Shown here: positions 1 to 15,000 of the stretch, piece after piece | Layout of the letters: every line of letters starts with the position of its first letter | How positions within the stretch are numbered: the stretch's first letter is position 1 | From: Auanema rhodensis | Taxonomy: Eukaryota > Animalia > Nematoda | Length of the DNA: 64,000 bases | Assembly: GCA_964057225.1 (NCBI GenBank) | Contig: OZ059894.1 | Location: forward strand, 3,534,001 to 3,598,000 | Reading direction: 5' to 3' | Notes under the pieces: model-generated | Told to the model about the DNA's origin: nothing | What the model saw: only the letters and a program-made list of their open reading frames with translations | The model's database searches: none | Position numbers and translations under genes: made by a program

Positions 1-3000
1 AGTGCACATCATGTGTACACTCAATTAGCATAAATTAAAGTTCACGTAAATTTCAAAGTCATGGTTACCATGCACCAATATTAATAAAAATTTGTTTTTA
101 GACTAATATGGACATGGGGAATCTAATTTTGAAAACCGCATCTCTTTATCTTTGACGTAAAGCGAGTTACATACCAAGTGCACATCATGTGTACACTTAA
201 TTAGCATAAATTAAAGTTCACGTAAATTTTAAAGTCATGGTTGCCATGCACCAATATCAATAAAAATTTGTTTTTAGACTAACATGGAAATGGGGAATCT
301 AATTTTGAAAACCGCATCTCTTTATCTTTCACGTGAAGCGAGTTACATACCAAGCGCACATCATGTGTACACTTAATTAGCATAAATTAAAGTTCACGTA
401 AATTTCAAAGTCATGGTTACCATGCACCAATATCAATAAAAATTTGTTTTTAGACTAATATGGAAATGGGGAATCTAATTTTGAAAACCGCATCTCTTCA
501 TCTTTCACGTGAAGCGAGTTACATACCAAGTGCACATCATGTGTACACTTAATTAGCATAAATTAAAGTTCACGTAAATTTCAAAGTCATGGTTACCATG
601 CACCAATATTAATAAAAATTTGTTTTTAGACTAATATGGACATGGGGAATCTAATTTTGAAAACCGCATCTCTTTATCTTTGACGTGAAGCGAGTTACAT
701 ACCAAGAGCACATCACGTGTACACTTAATAAGCATAAATTAAAGTTCACGTAAATTTCAAAGTCATGGTTACCATGCACCAATATCAATAAAAATTTGTT
801 TTTAGACTAATTTGGAAATGGGGAATCTATTTTGAAAACCGCATCTCTTCATCTTTCACGTGAAGCGAGTTACATACCAAGTGCACATCACGTGTACACT
901 TAATTAGCATAAATTGAAGTTCACGTAAATTTCAAAGTCATTGTTACCATGCACCAATATCAATAAAAATTTGTTTTTAGACTAATATGGAAATGGGGAA
1001 TCTAATTTTGAAAACCGCATCTCTTCATCTTTCACGTGAAGCGAGTTACATACCAAGTGCACATCATGTGTACACTTAATTAGCATAAATTGAAGTTCAC
1101 GTAAATTTCAAAGTCATGGTTACCATGCACCAATATCAATAAAAATTTTTTTTTAGACTAATATGGAAATGGGGAATCTAATTTTGAAAACCGCATCTCT
1201 TCATCTTTCACGTGAAGCAAGTTACATACCAAGTGCACATCATGTGTACACTCAATTAGCATAAATTAAAGTTCACGTAAATTTCAAAGTCATGGTTACC
1301 ATGCACCAATATTAATAAAAATTTGTTTTTAGACTAATATGGACATGGGGAATCTAATTTTGAAAACCGCATCTCTTTATCTTTGACGTAAAGCGAGTTA
1401 CATACCAAGTGCACATCATGTGTACACTTAATTAGCATAAATTAAAGTTCACGTAAATTTTAAAGTCATGGTTGCCATGCACCAATATCAATAAAAATTT
1501 GTTTTTAGACTAACATGGAAATGGGGAATCTAATTTTGAAAACCGCATCTCTTTATCTTTCACGTGAAGCGAGTTACATACCAAGCGCACATCATGTGTA
1601 CACTTAATTAGCATAAATTAAAGTTCACGTAAATTTCAAAGTCATGGTTACCATGCACCAATATCAATAAAAATTTGTTTTTAGACTAATATGGAAATGG
1701 GGAATCTAATTTTGAAAACCGCATCTCTTCATCTTTCACGTGAAGCGAGTTACATACCAAGTGCACATCATGTGTACACTTAATTAGCATAAATTAAAGT
1801 TCACGTAAATTTCAAAGTCATGGTTACCATGCACCAATATCAATAAAAATTTGTTTTTAGACTAATATGGACATGGGGAATCTAATTTTGAAAACCGCAT
1901 CTCTTTATCTTTCACGTGAAGCGAGTTACATACCAAGTGCACATCATGTGTACACTTAATTAGCATAAATTAAAGTTCACGTAAATTTCAAAGTCATGGT
2001 TACCATGCACCAATATCAATAAAAATTTGTTTTTAGACTAATATGGACATGGGGAATCTAATTTTGAAAACCGCATCTCTTTATCTTTCACGTGAAGCGA
2101 GTTACATACCAAGTGCACATCATGTGTACACTTAATTAGCATAAATTAAAGTTCACGTAAATTTTAAAGTCATGGTTGCCATGCACCAATATCAATAAAA
2201 ATTTGTTTTTAGACTAATTTGGAAATGGGGAATCTATTTTGAAAACCGCATCTCTTCATCTTTCACGTGAAGCGAGTTACATACCAAGTGCACATCACGT
2301 GTACACTTAATTAGCATAAATTGAAGTTCACGTAAATTTCAAAGTCATGGTTACCATGCACCAATATCAATAAAAATTTGTTTTTAGACTAATATGGAAA
2401 TGGGGAATCTAATTTTGAAAACCGCATCTCTTTATCTTTGACGTAAAGCGAGTTACATACCAAGTGCACATCATGTGTACACTTAATTAGCATAAATTAA
2501 AGTTCACGTAAATTTCAAAGTCATGGTTACCATTCACCAATATTAATAAAAATTTGTTTTTAGACTAATATGGAAATGGGGAATCTAATTTTGAAAACCG
2601 CATCTCTTCATCTTTCACGTGAAGCGAGTTACATACCAAGTGCACATCATGTGTACACTTAATTAGCATAAATTAAAGTTCACGTGAATTTCAAAGTCAT
2701 GGTTACCATGCACCAATATCAATAAAAATTCGTTTTTAGACTAATATGGACATGAGGAATCTAATTTTGAAAACCGCATCTCTTCATCTTTCACGTGAAG
2801 CGAGTTACATACCAAGTGCACATCATGTGTACACTTAATTAGCATAAATTAAAGTTCACGTAAATTTCAAAGTCATGGTTACCATGCACCAATATTGATA
2901 AAAATTTGTTTTTAGACTAATATGGACATGGGGAATCTAATTTTGAAAACCGCATCTCTTTATCTTTGACGTGAAGCGAGTTATATACCAAGTGCACATC

Positions 3001-6000
3001 ATGTGTACACTTAATTAGCATAAACTAAAGTTCACGTAAATTTCAAAGTCATGGTTACCATGCACCAATATCAATAAAAATTTGTTTTTAGACTAACATG
3101 GACATGGGGAATCTAATTTTGAAAACCGCATCTCTTTATCTTTCACGTGAAGCGAGTTACATACCAAGCGCACATCATGTGTACACTTAATTAGCATAAA
3201 TTAAAGTTCACGTAAATTTCAAAGTCATGGTTACCATGCACCAATATTAACAAAAATGTGTTTTTAGACTAATATGGACATAGGGAATCTAATTTTGAAA
3301 ACCGCATCTCTTCATCTTTCACGTGAAGCGAGTTACATACCAAGTGCACATCATGTGTACACTTAATTAGCATAAATTAAAGTTCACGTAAATTTTAAAG
3401 TCATGGTTACCATGCATCAATATCAATAAAAATTTGTTTTTAGACTAATATGAACATGGGGAATCTAATTTTGAAAACCGCATCTCTTCATCTTTCACGT
3501 GAAGCGAGTTACATACCAAGTGCACATCATGTGTACACTTAATTAGCATAAATTAAAGTTCACGTAAATTTCAAAGTCATGGTTACCATGCACCAATATT
3601 AATAAAAATTTGTTTTTAGACTAATATGGACATGGGGAATCTAATTTTGAAAACCGCATCTCTTTATCTTTGACGTAAAGCGAGTTACATACCAAGTGCA
3701 CATCATGTGTACACTTAATTAGCATAAATTAAAGTTCACGTAAATTTTAAAGTCATGGTTGCCATGCACCAATATCAATAAAAATTTGTTTTTAGACTAA
3801 CATGGAAATGGGGAATCTAATTTTGAAAACCGCATCTCTTTATCTTTCACGTGAAGCGAGTTACATACCAAGCGCACATCATGTGTACACTTAATTAGCA
3901 TAAATTAAAGTTCACGTAAATTTCAAAGTCATGGTTACCATGCACCAATATCAATAAAAATTTGTTTTTAGACTAATATGGACATGGGGAATCTAATTTT
4001 GAAAACCGCATCTCTTTATCTTTCACGTGAAGCGAGTTACATACCAAGTGCACATCATGTGTACACTTAATTAGCATAAATTAAAGTTCACGTAAATTTC
4101 AAAGTCATGGTTACCATGCACCAATATCAATAAAAATTTGTTTTTAGACTAATATGGACATGGGGAATCTAATTTTGAAAACCGCATCTCTTTATCTTTC
4201 ACGTGAAGCGAGTTACATACCAAGTGCACATCATGTGTACACTTAATTAGCATAAATTAAAGTTCACGTAAATTTTAAAGTCATGGTTGCCATGCACCAA
4301 TATCAATAAAAATTTGTTTTTAGACTAATTTGGAAATGGGGAATCTATTTTGAAAACCGCATCTCTTCATCTTTCACGTGAAGCGAGTTACATACCAAGT
4401 GCACATCACGTGTACACTTAATTAGCATAAATTGAAGTTCACGTAAATTTCAAAGTCATGGTTACCATGCACCAATATCAATAAAAATTTGTTTTTAGAC
4501 TAATATGGAAATGGGGAATCTAATTTTGAAAACCGCATCTCTTTATCTTTGACGTAAAGCGAGTTACATACCAAGTGCACATCATGTGTACACTTAATTA
4601 GCATAAATTAAAGTTCACGTAAATTTCAAAGTCATGGTTACCATTCACCAATATTAATAAAAATTTGTTTTTAGACTAATATGGAAATGGGGAATCTAAT
4701 TTTGAAAACCGCATCTCTTCATCTTTCACGTGAAGCGAGTTACATACCAAGTGCACATCATGTGTACACTTAATTAGCATAAATTAAAGTTCACGTGAAT
4801 TTCAAAGTCATGGTTACCATGCACCAATATCAATAAAAATTCGTTTTTAGACTAATATGGACATGAGGAATCTAATTTTGAAAACCGCATCTCTTCATCT
4901 TTCACGTGAAGCGAGTTACATACCAAGTGCACATCATGTGTACACTTAATTAGCATAAATTAAAGTTCACGTAAATTTCAAAGTCATGGTTACCATGCAC
5001 CAATATTGATAAAAATTTGTTTTTAGACTAATATGGACATGGGGAATCTAATTTTGAAAACCGCATCTCTTTATCTTTGACGTGAAGCGAGTTATATACC
5101 AAGTGCACATCATGTGTACACTTAATTAGCATAAACTAAAGTTCACGTAAATTTCAAAGTCATGGTTACCATGCACCAATATCAATAAAAATTTGTTTTT
5201 AGACTAACATGGACATGGGGAATCTAATTTTGAAAACCGCATCTCTTTATCTTTCACGTGAAGCGAGTTACATACCAAGCGCACATCATGTGTACACTTA
5301 ATTAGCATAAATTAAAGTTCACGTAAATTTCAAAGTCATGGTTACCATGCACCAATATTAACAAAAATGTGTTTTTAGACTAATATGGACATAGGGAATC
5401 TAATTTTGAAAACCGCATCTCTTCATCTTTCACGTGAAGCGAGTTACATACCAAGTGCACATCATGTGTACACTTAATTAGCATAAATTAAAGTTCACGT
5501 AAATTTCAAAGTCATGGTTACCATGCACCAATATCAATAAAAATTTGTTTTTAGACTAATATGGACATGGGGAATCTAATTTTGAAAACCGCATCCCTTT
5601 ATCTTTCACGTGAAGCGAGTTACATACCAAGTGAACATCACGTGTACACTTAATAAGCATAAATTAAAGTTCACGTAAATTTCAAAGTCATGGTTACCAT
5701 GCACCAATATCAATAAAAATTCGTTTTTAGACTAATATGGACATGGGGAATCTAATTTTGAAAACCGCATCTCTTCATCTTTCACGTGAAGCGAGTTACA
5801 TACCAAGTGCACATCACGTGTACACTTAATTAGCATAAATTGAAGTTCACGTAAATTTCAAAGTCATGGTTACCATGCACCAATATCAATAAAAATTTGT
5901 TTTTAGACTAATATGGAAATGGGGAATCTAATTTTAAAAACCGCATCTCTTCATCTTTCACGTGAAGCGAGTTACATACCAAGTGCACATCATGTGTACA

Positions 6001-9000
6001 CTTAATTAGCATAAATTAAAGTTCACGTAAATTTTAAAGTCATGGTTACCATGCACCAATATCAATAAAAATTTGTTTTTAGACTAATATGGACATGGGG
6101 AATCTAATTTTGAAAACCGCATCTCTTTATCTTTGACGTGAAGCGAGTTACATACCAAGTGCACATCATGTGTACACTTAATTAGCATAAATTAAAGTTC
6201 ACGTAATTTTCAAAGTCATGGTTACCATGCATCAATATCAATAAAAATTTGTTTTTAGACTAATATGGACATGGGGAATCTAATTTTGAAAACCGCATCT
6301 CTTTATCTTTCACGTGAAGCGAGTTACATACCAAGCGCACATCATGTGTACACTTAATTAGCATAAATTAAAGTTCACGTAAATTTCAAAGTCATGGTTA
6401 CCATGCACCAATATCAATAAAAATTTGTTTTTAGACTAATATGGACATGGGGAATCTATTTTTGAAAACCGCATCTCTTTATCTTTGACGTGAAGCGAGT
6501 TACATACCAAGTGCACATCATGTGTACACTTAATTAGCATAAATTAAAGTTCACGTAAATTTTAAAGTCATGGTTACCATGCATCAATATCAATAAAAAT
6601 TTGTTTTTAGACTAATATGAACATGGGGAATCTAATTTTGAAAACCGCATCTCTTCATCTTTCACGTGAAGCGAGTTACATACCAAGTGCACATCATGTG
6701 TACACTTAATTAGCATAAATTAAAGTTCACGTAAATTTCAAAGTCATGGTTACCATGCACCAATATTAATAAAAATTTGTTTTTAGACTAATATGGACAT
6801 GGGGAATCTAATTTTGAAAACCGCATCTCTTTATCTTTGACTTGAAGCGAGTTACATACCAAGTGCACATCATGTGTACACTTAATTAGCATAAATTAAA
6901 GTTCACGTAAATTTCAAAGTCATGGTTACCATCCACCAATATCAACAAAAATTTGTTTTTAGACTAATATGGACATGGGGAATCTATTTTTGAAAACCGC
7001 ATCTCTTTATCTTTGACGTGAAGCGAGTTACATACCAAGTGCACATCATGTGTACACTTAATTAGCATAAATTAAAGTTCACGTAAATTTTAAAGTCATG
7101 GTTACCACGCACCAATATCAATAAAAATTTGTTTTTAGACTAATATGGACATGGGGAATCTAATTTTGAAAACCGCATCTCTTTATCTTTGACGTGAAGC
7201 GAGTTACATACCAAGTGCACATCATGTGTACACTTAATTAGCATAAATTAAAGTTCACGTAATTTTCAAAGTCATGGTTACCATGCATCAATATCAATAA
7301 AAATTTGTTTTTAGACTAATATGGACATGGGGAATCTAATTTTGAAAACCGCATCTCTTTATCTTTCACGTGAAGCGAGTTACATACCAAGCGCACATCA
7401 TGTGTACACTTAATTAGCATAAATTAAAGTTCACGTAAATTTCAAAGTCATGGTTACCATGCACCAATATCAATAAAAATTTGTTTTTAGACTAATATGG
7501 ACATGGGGAATCTATTTTTGAAAACCGCATCTCTTTATCTTTGACGTGAAGCGAGTTACATACCAAGTGCACATCATGTGTACACTTAATTAGCATAAAT
7601 TAAAGTTCACGTAAATTTTAAAGTCATGGTTACCATGCATCAATATCAATAAAAATTTGTTTTTAGACTAATATGGACATGGGGAATCTAATTTTGAAAA
7701 CCGCATCTCTTCATCTTTCACGTGAAGCGAGTTACATACCAAGTGCACATCACGTGTACACTTAATTAGCATAAACTAAAGTTCACGTAAATTTCAAAGT
7801 CATGGTTACCATGCACCAATATCAATAAAAATTTGTTTTTAGACTAATATGGACATGGGGAATCTATTTTTGAAAACCGCATCTCTTTATCTTTGACGTG
7901 AAGCGAGTTACATACCAAGTGCACATCATGTGTACACTTAATTAGCATAAATTAAAGTTCACGTAAATTTCAAAGTCATGGTTACCATGCACCAATATTA
8001 ACAAAAATGTGTTTTTAGACTAATATGGACATGGGGAATCTAATTTTGAAAACCGCATCTCTTCATCTTTCACGTGAAGCGAGTTACATACCAAGTGCAC
8101 ATCATGTGTACACTTAATTAGCATAAATTAAAGTTCACGTAAATTTCAAAGTCATGGTTACCATGCACCAATATTAATAAAAATTTGTTTTTAGACTAAT
8201 ATGGACATAGGGAATCTAATTTTGAAAACCGCATCTCTTTATCTTTGACTTGAAGCGAGTTACATACCAAGTGCACATCATGTGTACACTTAATTAGCAT
8301 AAATTGAAGATCACGTAAATTTCAAAGTCATGGTTACCATGCACCAATATTAATAAAAATTTGTTTTTGGACTAATATGGACATAGGGAATCTAATTTTG
8401 AAAACCGCATCCCTTTATCTTTCACGTGAAGCGAGTTACATACCAAGTGCACATCACGTGTACACTTAATAAGCATAAATTAAAGTTCACGTAAATTTCA
8501 AAGTCATGGTTACCATGCACCAATATCAATAAAAATTCGTTTTTAGACTAATATGGACATGGGGAATCTAATTTTGAAAACCGCATCTCTTCATCTTTCA
8601 CGTGAAGCGAGTTACATACCAAGTGCACATCATGTGTACACTTAATTAGCATAAATTAAAGTTCACGTAAATTTCAAAGTCATGGTTACCATGCACCAAT
8701 ATCAATAAAAATTTGTTTTTAGACTAATATGGACATGGGGAATCTAATTTTGAAAACCGCATCCCTTTATCTTTCACGTGAAGCGAGTTACATACCAAGT
8801 GCACATCATGTGTACACTTAATTAGCATAAATTAAAGTTCACGTAAACTTCAAAGTCATGGTTACCATGCACCAATATTAATAAAAATTTGTTTTTAGAC
8901 TAATATGGACATAGGGAATCTAATTTTGAAAACTGCATATCTTTATCTTTGACTTGAAGCGAGTTACATACCAAGCGCACATCATGTGTACACTTAATTA

Positions 9001-12000
9001 GCATAAATTAAAGTTCACGTAAATTTCAAAGTCATGGTTACCATCCACCAATATCAACAAAAATTTGTTTTTAGACTAATATGGACATGGGGAATCTATT
9101 TTTGAAAACCGCATCTCTTTATCTTTGACGTGAAGCGAGTTACATACCAAGTGCACATCATGTGTACACTTAATTAGCATAAATTAAAGTTCACGTAAAT
9201 TTTAAAGTCATGGTTACCACGCACCAATATCAATAAAAATTTGTTTTTAGACTAATATGGACATGGGGAATCTAATTTTGAAAACCGCATCTCTTTATCT
9301 TTGACGTGAAGCGAGTTACATACCAAGTGCACATCATGTGTACACTTAATTAGCATAAATTAAAGTTCCCGTAATTTTCAAAGTCATGGTTACCATGCAT
9401 CAATATCAATAAAAATTTGTTTTTAGACTAATATGGACATGGGGAATCTAATTTTGAAAACCGCATCTCTTTATCTTTCACGTGAAGCGAGTTACATACC
9501 AAGCGCACATCATGTGTACACTTAATTAGCATAAATTAAAGTTCACGTAAATTTCAAAGTCATGGTTACCATGCACCAATATCAATAAAAATTTGTTTTT
9601 AGACTAATATGGACATGGGGAATCTATTTTTGAAAACCGCATCTCTTTATCTTTGACGTGAAGCGAGTTACATACCAAGTGCACATCATGTGTACACTTA
9701 ATTAGCATAAATTAAAGTTCACGTAAATTTTAAAGTCATGGTTACCATGCATCAATATCAATAAAAATTTGTTTTTAGACTAATATGGACATGGGGAATC
9801 TAATTTTGAAAACCGCATCTCTTCATCTTTCACGTGAAGCGAGTTACATACCAAGTGCACATCACGTGTACACTTAATTAGCATAAACTAAAGTTCACGT
9901 AAATTTCAAAGTCATGGTTACCATGCACCAATATCAATAAAAATTTGTTTTTAGACTAATATCGACATGGGGAATCTATTTTTGAAAACCGCATCTCTTT
10001 ATCTTTGACGTGAAGCGAGTTACATACCAAGTGCACATCATGTGTACACTTAATTAGCATAAATTAAAGTTCACGTAAATTTCAAAGTCATGGTTACCAT
10101 GCACCAATATTAACAAAAATGTGTTTTTAGACTAATATGGACATGGGGAATCTAATTTTGAAAACCGCATCTCTTCATCTTTCACGTGAAGCGAGTTACA
10201 TACCAAGTGCACATCATGTGTACACTTAATTAGCATAAATTAAAGTTCACGTAAATTTCAAAGTCATGGTTACCATGCACCAATATTAATAAAAATTTGT
10301 TTTTAGACTAATATGGACATAGGGAATCTAATTTTGAAAACCGCATCTCTTTATCTTTGACTTGAAGCGAGTTACATACCAAGTGCACATCATGTGTACA
10401 CTTAATTAGCATAAATTGAAGATCACGTAAATTTCAAAGTCATGGTTACCATGCACCAATATTAATAAAAATTTGTTTTTAGACTAATATGGACATAGGG
10501 AATCTAATTTTGAAAACCGCATCCCTTTATCTTTCACGTGAAGCGAGTTACATACCAAGTGCACATCACGTGTACACTTAATAAGCATAAATTAAAGTTC
10601 ACGTAAATTTCAAAGTCATGGTTACCATGCACCAATATCAATAAAAATTCGTTTTTAGACTAATATGGACATGGGGAATCTAATTTTGAAAACCGCATCT
10701 CTTCATCTTTCACGTGAAGCGAGTTACATACCAAGTGCACATCATGTGTACACTTAATTAGCATAAATTAAAGTTCACGTAAATTTCAAAGTCATGGTTA
10801 CCATGCACCAATATCAATAAAAATTTGTTTTTAGACTAATATGGACATGGGGAATCTAATTTTGAAAACCGCATCCCTTTATCTTTCACGTGAAGCGAGT
10901 TACATACCAAGTGCACATCATGTGTACACTTAATTAGCATAGATTAAAGTTCACGTAAACTTCAAAGTCATGGTTACCATGCACCAATATTAATAAAAAT
11001 TTGTTTTTAGACTAATATGGACATAGGGAATCTAATTTTGAAAACTGCATATCTTTATCTTTGACTTGAAGCGAGTTACATACCAAGTGCACATCATGTG
11101 TACACTTAATTAGCATAAATTAAAGTTCACGTAGATTTCAAAGTCATGGTTACCATGCACCAATATTAATAAAAATTTGTTTTTAGACTAATATGGACAT
11201 AGGGAATCTAATTTTGAAAACCGCATCTCTTTATCTTTGACGTAAAGCGTGTTACATACCAAGTGCACATCATGTGTACACTTAATTAGCATAAATTAAA
11301 GTTCACGTAAATTTCAAAGTCATGGTTACCATGCACCAATATCAATAAAAATTTGTTTTTAGACTAATATGGAAATGGGGAATCTAATTTTGAAAACCGC
11401 ATCTCTTCATCTTTCACGTGAAGCGAGTTACATACCAAGTGCACATCATGAGTACACTTAATTAGCATAAATTAAAGTTCACGTAAATTTCAAAGTCATG
11501 GTTACCATGCACCAATATCAATAAAAATTTGTTTTTAGACTAATATGGACATGGGGAATCTAATTTTGAAAACCGCATCCCTTTATCTTTCACGTGAAGC
11601 GAGTTACATACCAAGTGCACATCACGTGTACACTTAATAAGCATAAATTAAAGTTCACGTAAATTTCAAAGTCATGGTTACCATGCACCAATATCAATAA
11701 AAATTCGTTTTTAGACTAATATGGACATGAGGAATCTAATTTTGAAAACCGCATCTCTTTATCTTTGACGTGAAGCGAGTTACATACCAAGTGCACATCA
11801 TGTGTACACTTAATTAGCATAAATTAAAGTTCACGTAAATTTCAAAGTCATGGTTACCATGCACCAATAATAATAAAAATTTGTTTTTAGACTAATATGG
11901 ACATGGGGAATCTAATTTTGAAAACCGCATCCCTTTATCTTTCACGTGAAGCGAGTTACATACCAAGTGCACATCATGTGTACACTTAATTAGCATAAAT

Positions 12001-15000
12001 TAAAGTTCACGTAAATTTCAAAGTCATGGTTACCATGCACCAATAATAATACAAATTTGTTTTTAGACTAATATGGACATAGGGAATCTAATTTTGAAAA
12101 CCGCATCTCTTTATCTTTGACTTGAAGCGAGTTACATACCAAGTGCACATCATGTGTACACTTAATTAGCATAAATTGAAGTTCACGTAAATTTCAAAGT
12201 CATGGTTACCATCCACCAATATCAACAAAAATGTGTTTTTAGACTAATATGGACATGGGGAATCTAATTTCGAAAAGCGCATCTCTTCATCTTTCACGTG
12301 AAGCGAGTTACATACCAAGTGCACATCACGTGTACACTTAATAAGCATAAATTAAAGTTCACGTAAATTTCAAAGTCATGGTTACCATGCACCAATATCA
12401 ATAAAAATTTGTTTTTAGACTAATATAGAAATGGGGAATCTAATTTTGAAAACCGCATCTCTTCATCTTTCACGTGAAGCGAGTTACATACCAAGTGCAC
12501 ATCATGTGTACACTTAATTAGCATAAATTAAAGTTCACGTAAATTTCAAAGTCATGGTTACCATGCACCAATATCAATAAAAATTTGTTTTTAGACTAAT
12601 ATGGACATGGGGAATCTAATTTTGAAAACCGCATCCCTTTATCTTTCACGTGAAGCGAGTTACATACCAAGTGCACATCACGTGTACACTTAATAAGCAT
12701 AAATTAAAGTTCACGTAAATTTCAAAGTCATGATTACCATGCACCAATATCAATAAAAATTCGTTTTTAGACTAATATGAACATGAGGAATCTAATTTTG
12801 AAAACCGCATCTCTTCATCTTTCACGTGAAGCGAGTTACATACCAAGTGCACATCATGTGTACACTTAATTAGCATAAATTAAAGTTCACGTAAATTTCA
12901 AAGTCATGGTTACCATGCACCAATATTAATAAAAATTCGTTTTTAGACTAATATGGACATGGGGAATCTAATTTTGAAAACCGCATCTTTTTATCTTTGA
13001 CGTGAAGCGAGTTACATACCAAGTGCACATCATGTGTACACTTAATTAGCATAAATTAAAGTTCACGTAAATTTCAAAGTCATGGTTACCATGCACCAAT
13101 ATCAATAAAAATTTGTTTTTAGACTAACATGGACATGGGGAATCTAATTTTGAAAACCGCATCTTTTTATCTTTCACGTGAAGCGAGTTACATACCAAGT
13201 GCACATCACGTGTACATTTAATTAGCATAAATTAAAGTTCACGTAAATTTCAAAGTCATGGTTACCATCCACCAATATCAACAAAAATGTGTTTTTAGAC
13301 TAATATGGACATGGGGAATCTAATTTCGAAAAGCGCATCTCTTCATCTTTCACGTGAAGCGAGTTACATACCAAGTGCACATCACGTGTACACTTAATAA
13401 GCATAAATTAAAGTTCACGTAAATTTCAAAGTCATGGTTACCATGCACCAATATCAATAAAAATTTGTTTTTAGACTAATTGGGAAATGGGGAATCTATT
13501 TTGAAAACCGCATCTCTTCATCTTTCACGTGAAGCGAGTTACATACCAAGTGCACATCACGTGTACACTTAATTAGCATAAATTGAAGTTCACGTAAATT
13601 TCAAAGTCATGGTTACCATGCACCAATATCAATAAAAATTTTTTTTTAGACTAATATGGACATGGGGAATCTAATTTTGAAAACCGCATCCCTTTATCTT
13701 TCACGTGAAGCGAGTTACATACCAAGTGCACATCACGTGTACACTTAATAAGCATAAATTAAAGTTCACGTAAATTTCAAAGTCATGGTTACCAAGCACC
13801 AATATCAATAAAAATTCGTTTTTAGACTAATATGGACATGAGGAATCTAATTTTTTTGAAAACCGCATCTCTTCATCTTTCACGTGAAGCGAGTTACATA
13901 CCAAGTGCACATCATGTGTACACTCAATTAGCATAAATTAAAGTTCACGTAAATTTCAAAGTCATGGTTACCATGCACCAATATTAATAAAAATTTGTTT
14001 TTAGACTAATATGGACATGGGGAATCTAATTTTGAAAACCGCATCTCTTTATCTTTGACGTAAAGCGAGTTACATACCAAGTGCACATCATGTGTACACT
14101 TAATTAGCATAAATTAAAGTTCACGTAAATTTTAAAGTCATGGTTGCCATGCACCAATATCAATAAAAATTTGTTTTTAGACTAACATGGAAATGGGGAA
14201 TCTAATTTTGAAAACCGCATCTCTTTATCTTTCACGTGAAGCGAGTTACATACCAAGCGCACATCATGTGTACACTTAATTAGCATAAATTAAAGTTCAC
14301 GTAAATTTCAAAGTCATGGTTACCATGCACCAATATCAATAAAAATTTGTTTTTAGACTAATATGGACATGGGGAATCTAATTTTAAAAACCGCATCTCT
14401 TTATCTTTGACGTAAAGCGAGTTACATACCAAGTGCACATCATGTGTACACTTAATTAGCATAAATTAAAGTTCACGTAAATTTTAAAGTCATGGTTGCC
14501 ATGCACCAATATCAATAAAAATTTGTTTTTAGACTAATATGGAAATGGGGAATCTATTTTGAAAACCGCATCTCTTAATCTTTCACGTGAAGCGAGTTAC
14601 ATACCAAGTGCACATCATGTGTACACTTAATTAGCATAAATTAAAGTTCACGTAAATTTCAAAGTCATGGTTACCATTCACCAATATTAATAAAAATTTG
14701 TTTTTAGACTAATATGGACATAGGGAATCTAATTTTGAAAACCGCATCTCTTTATCTTTGACTTGAAGCGAGTTACATACCAAGTGCACATCATGTGTAC
14801 ACTTAATTAACATAAATTGAAGTTCACGTAAATTTCAAAGTCATGGTTACCATGCACCAATATCAATAAAAATTTGTTTTTAGACTAATATGGAAATGGG
14901 GAATCTAATTTTGAAAACCGCATCTCTTCATCTTTCACGTGAAGCGAGTTACATACCAAGTGCACATCATGTGTACACTTAATTAGCATAAATTAAAGTT

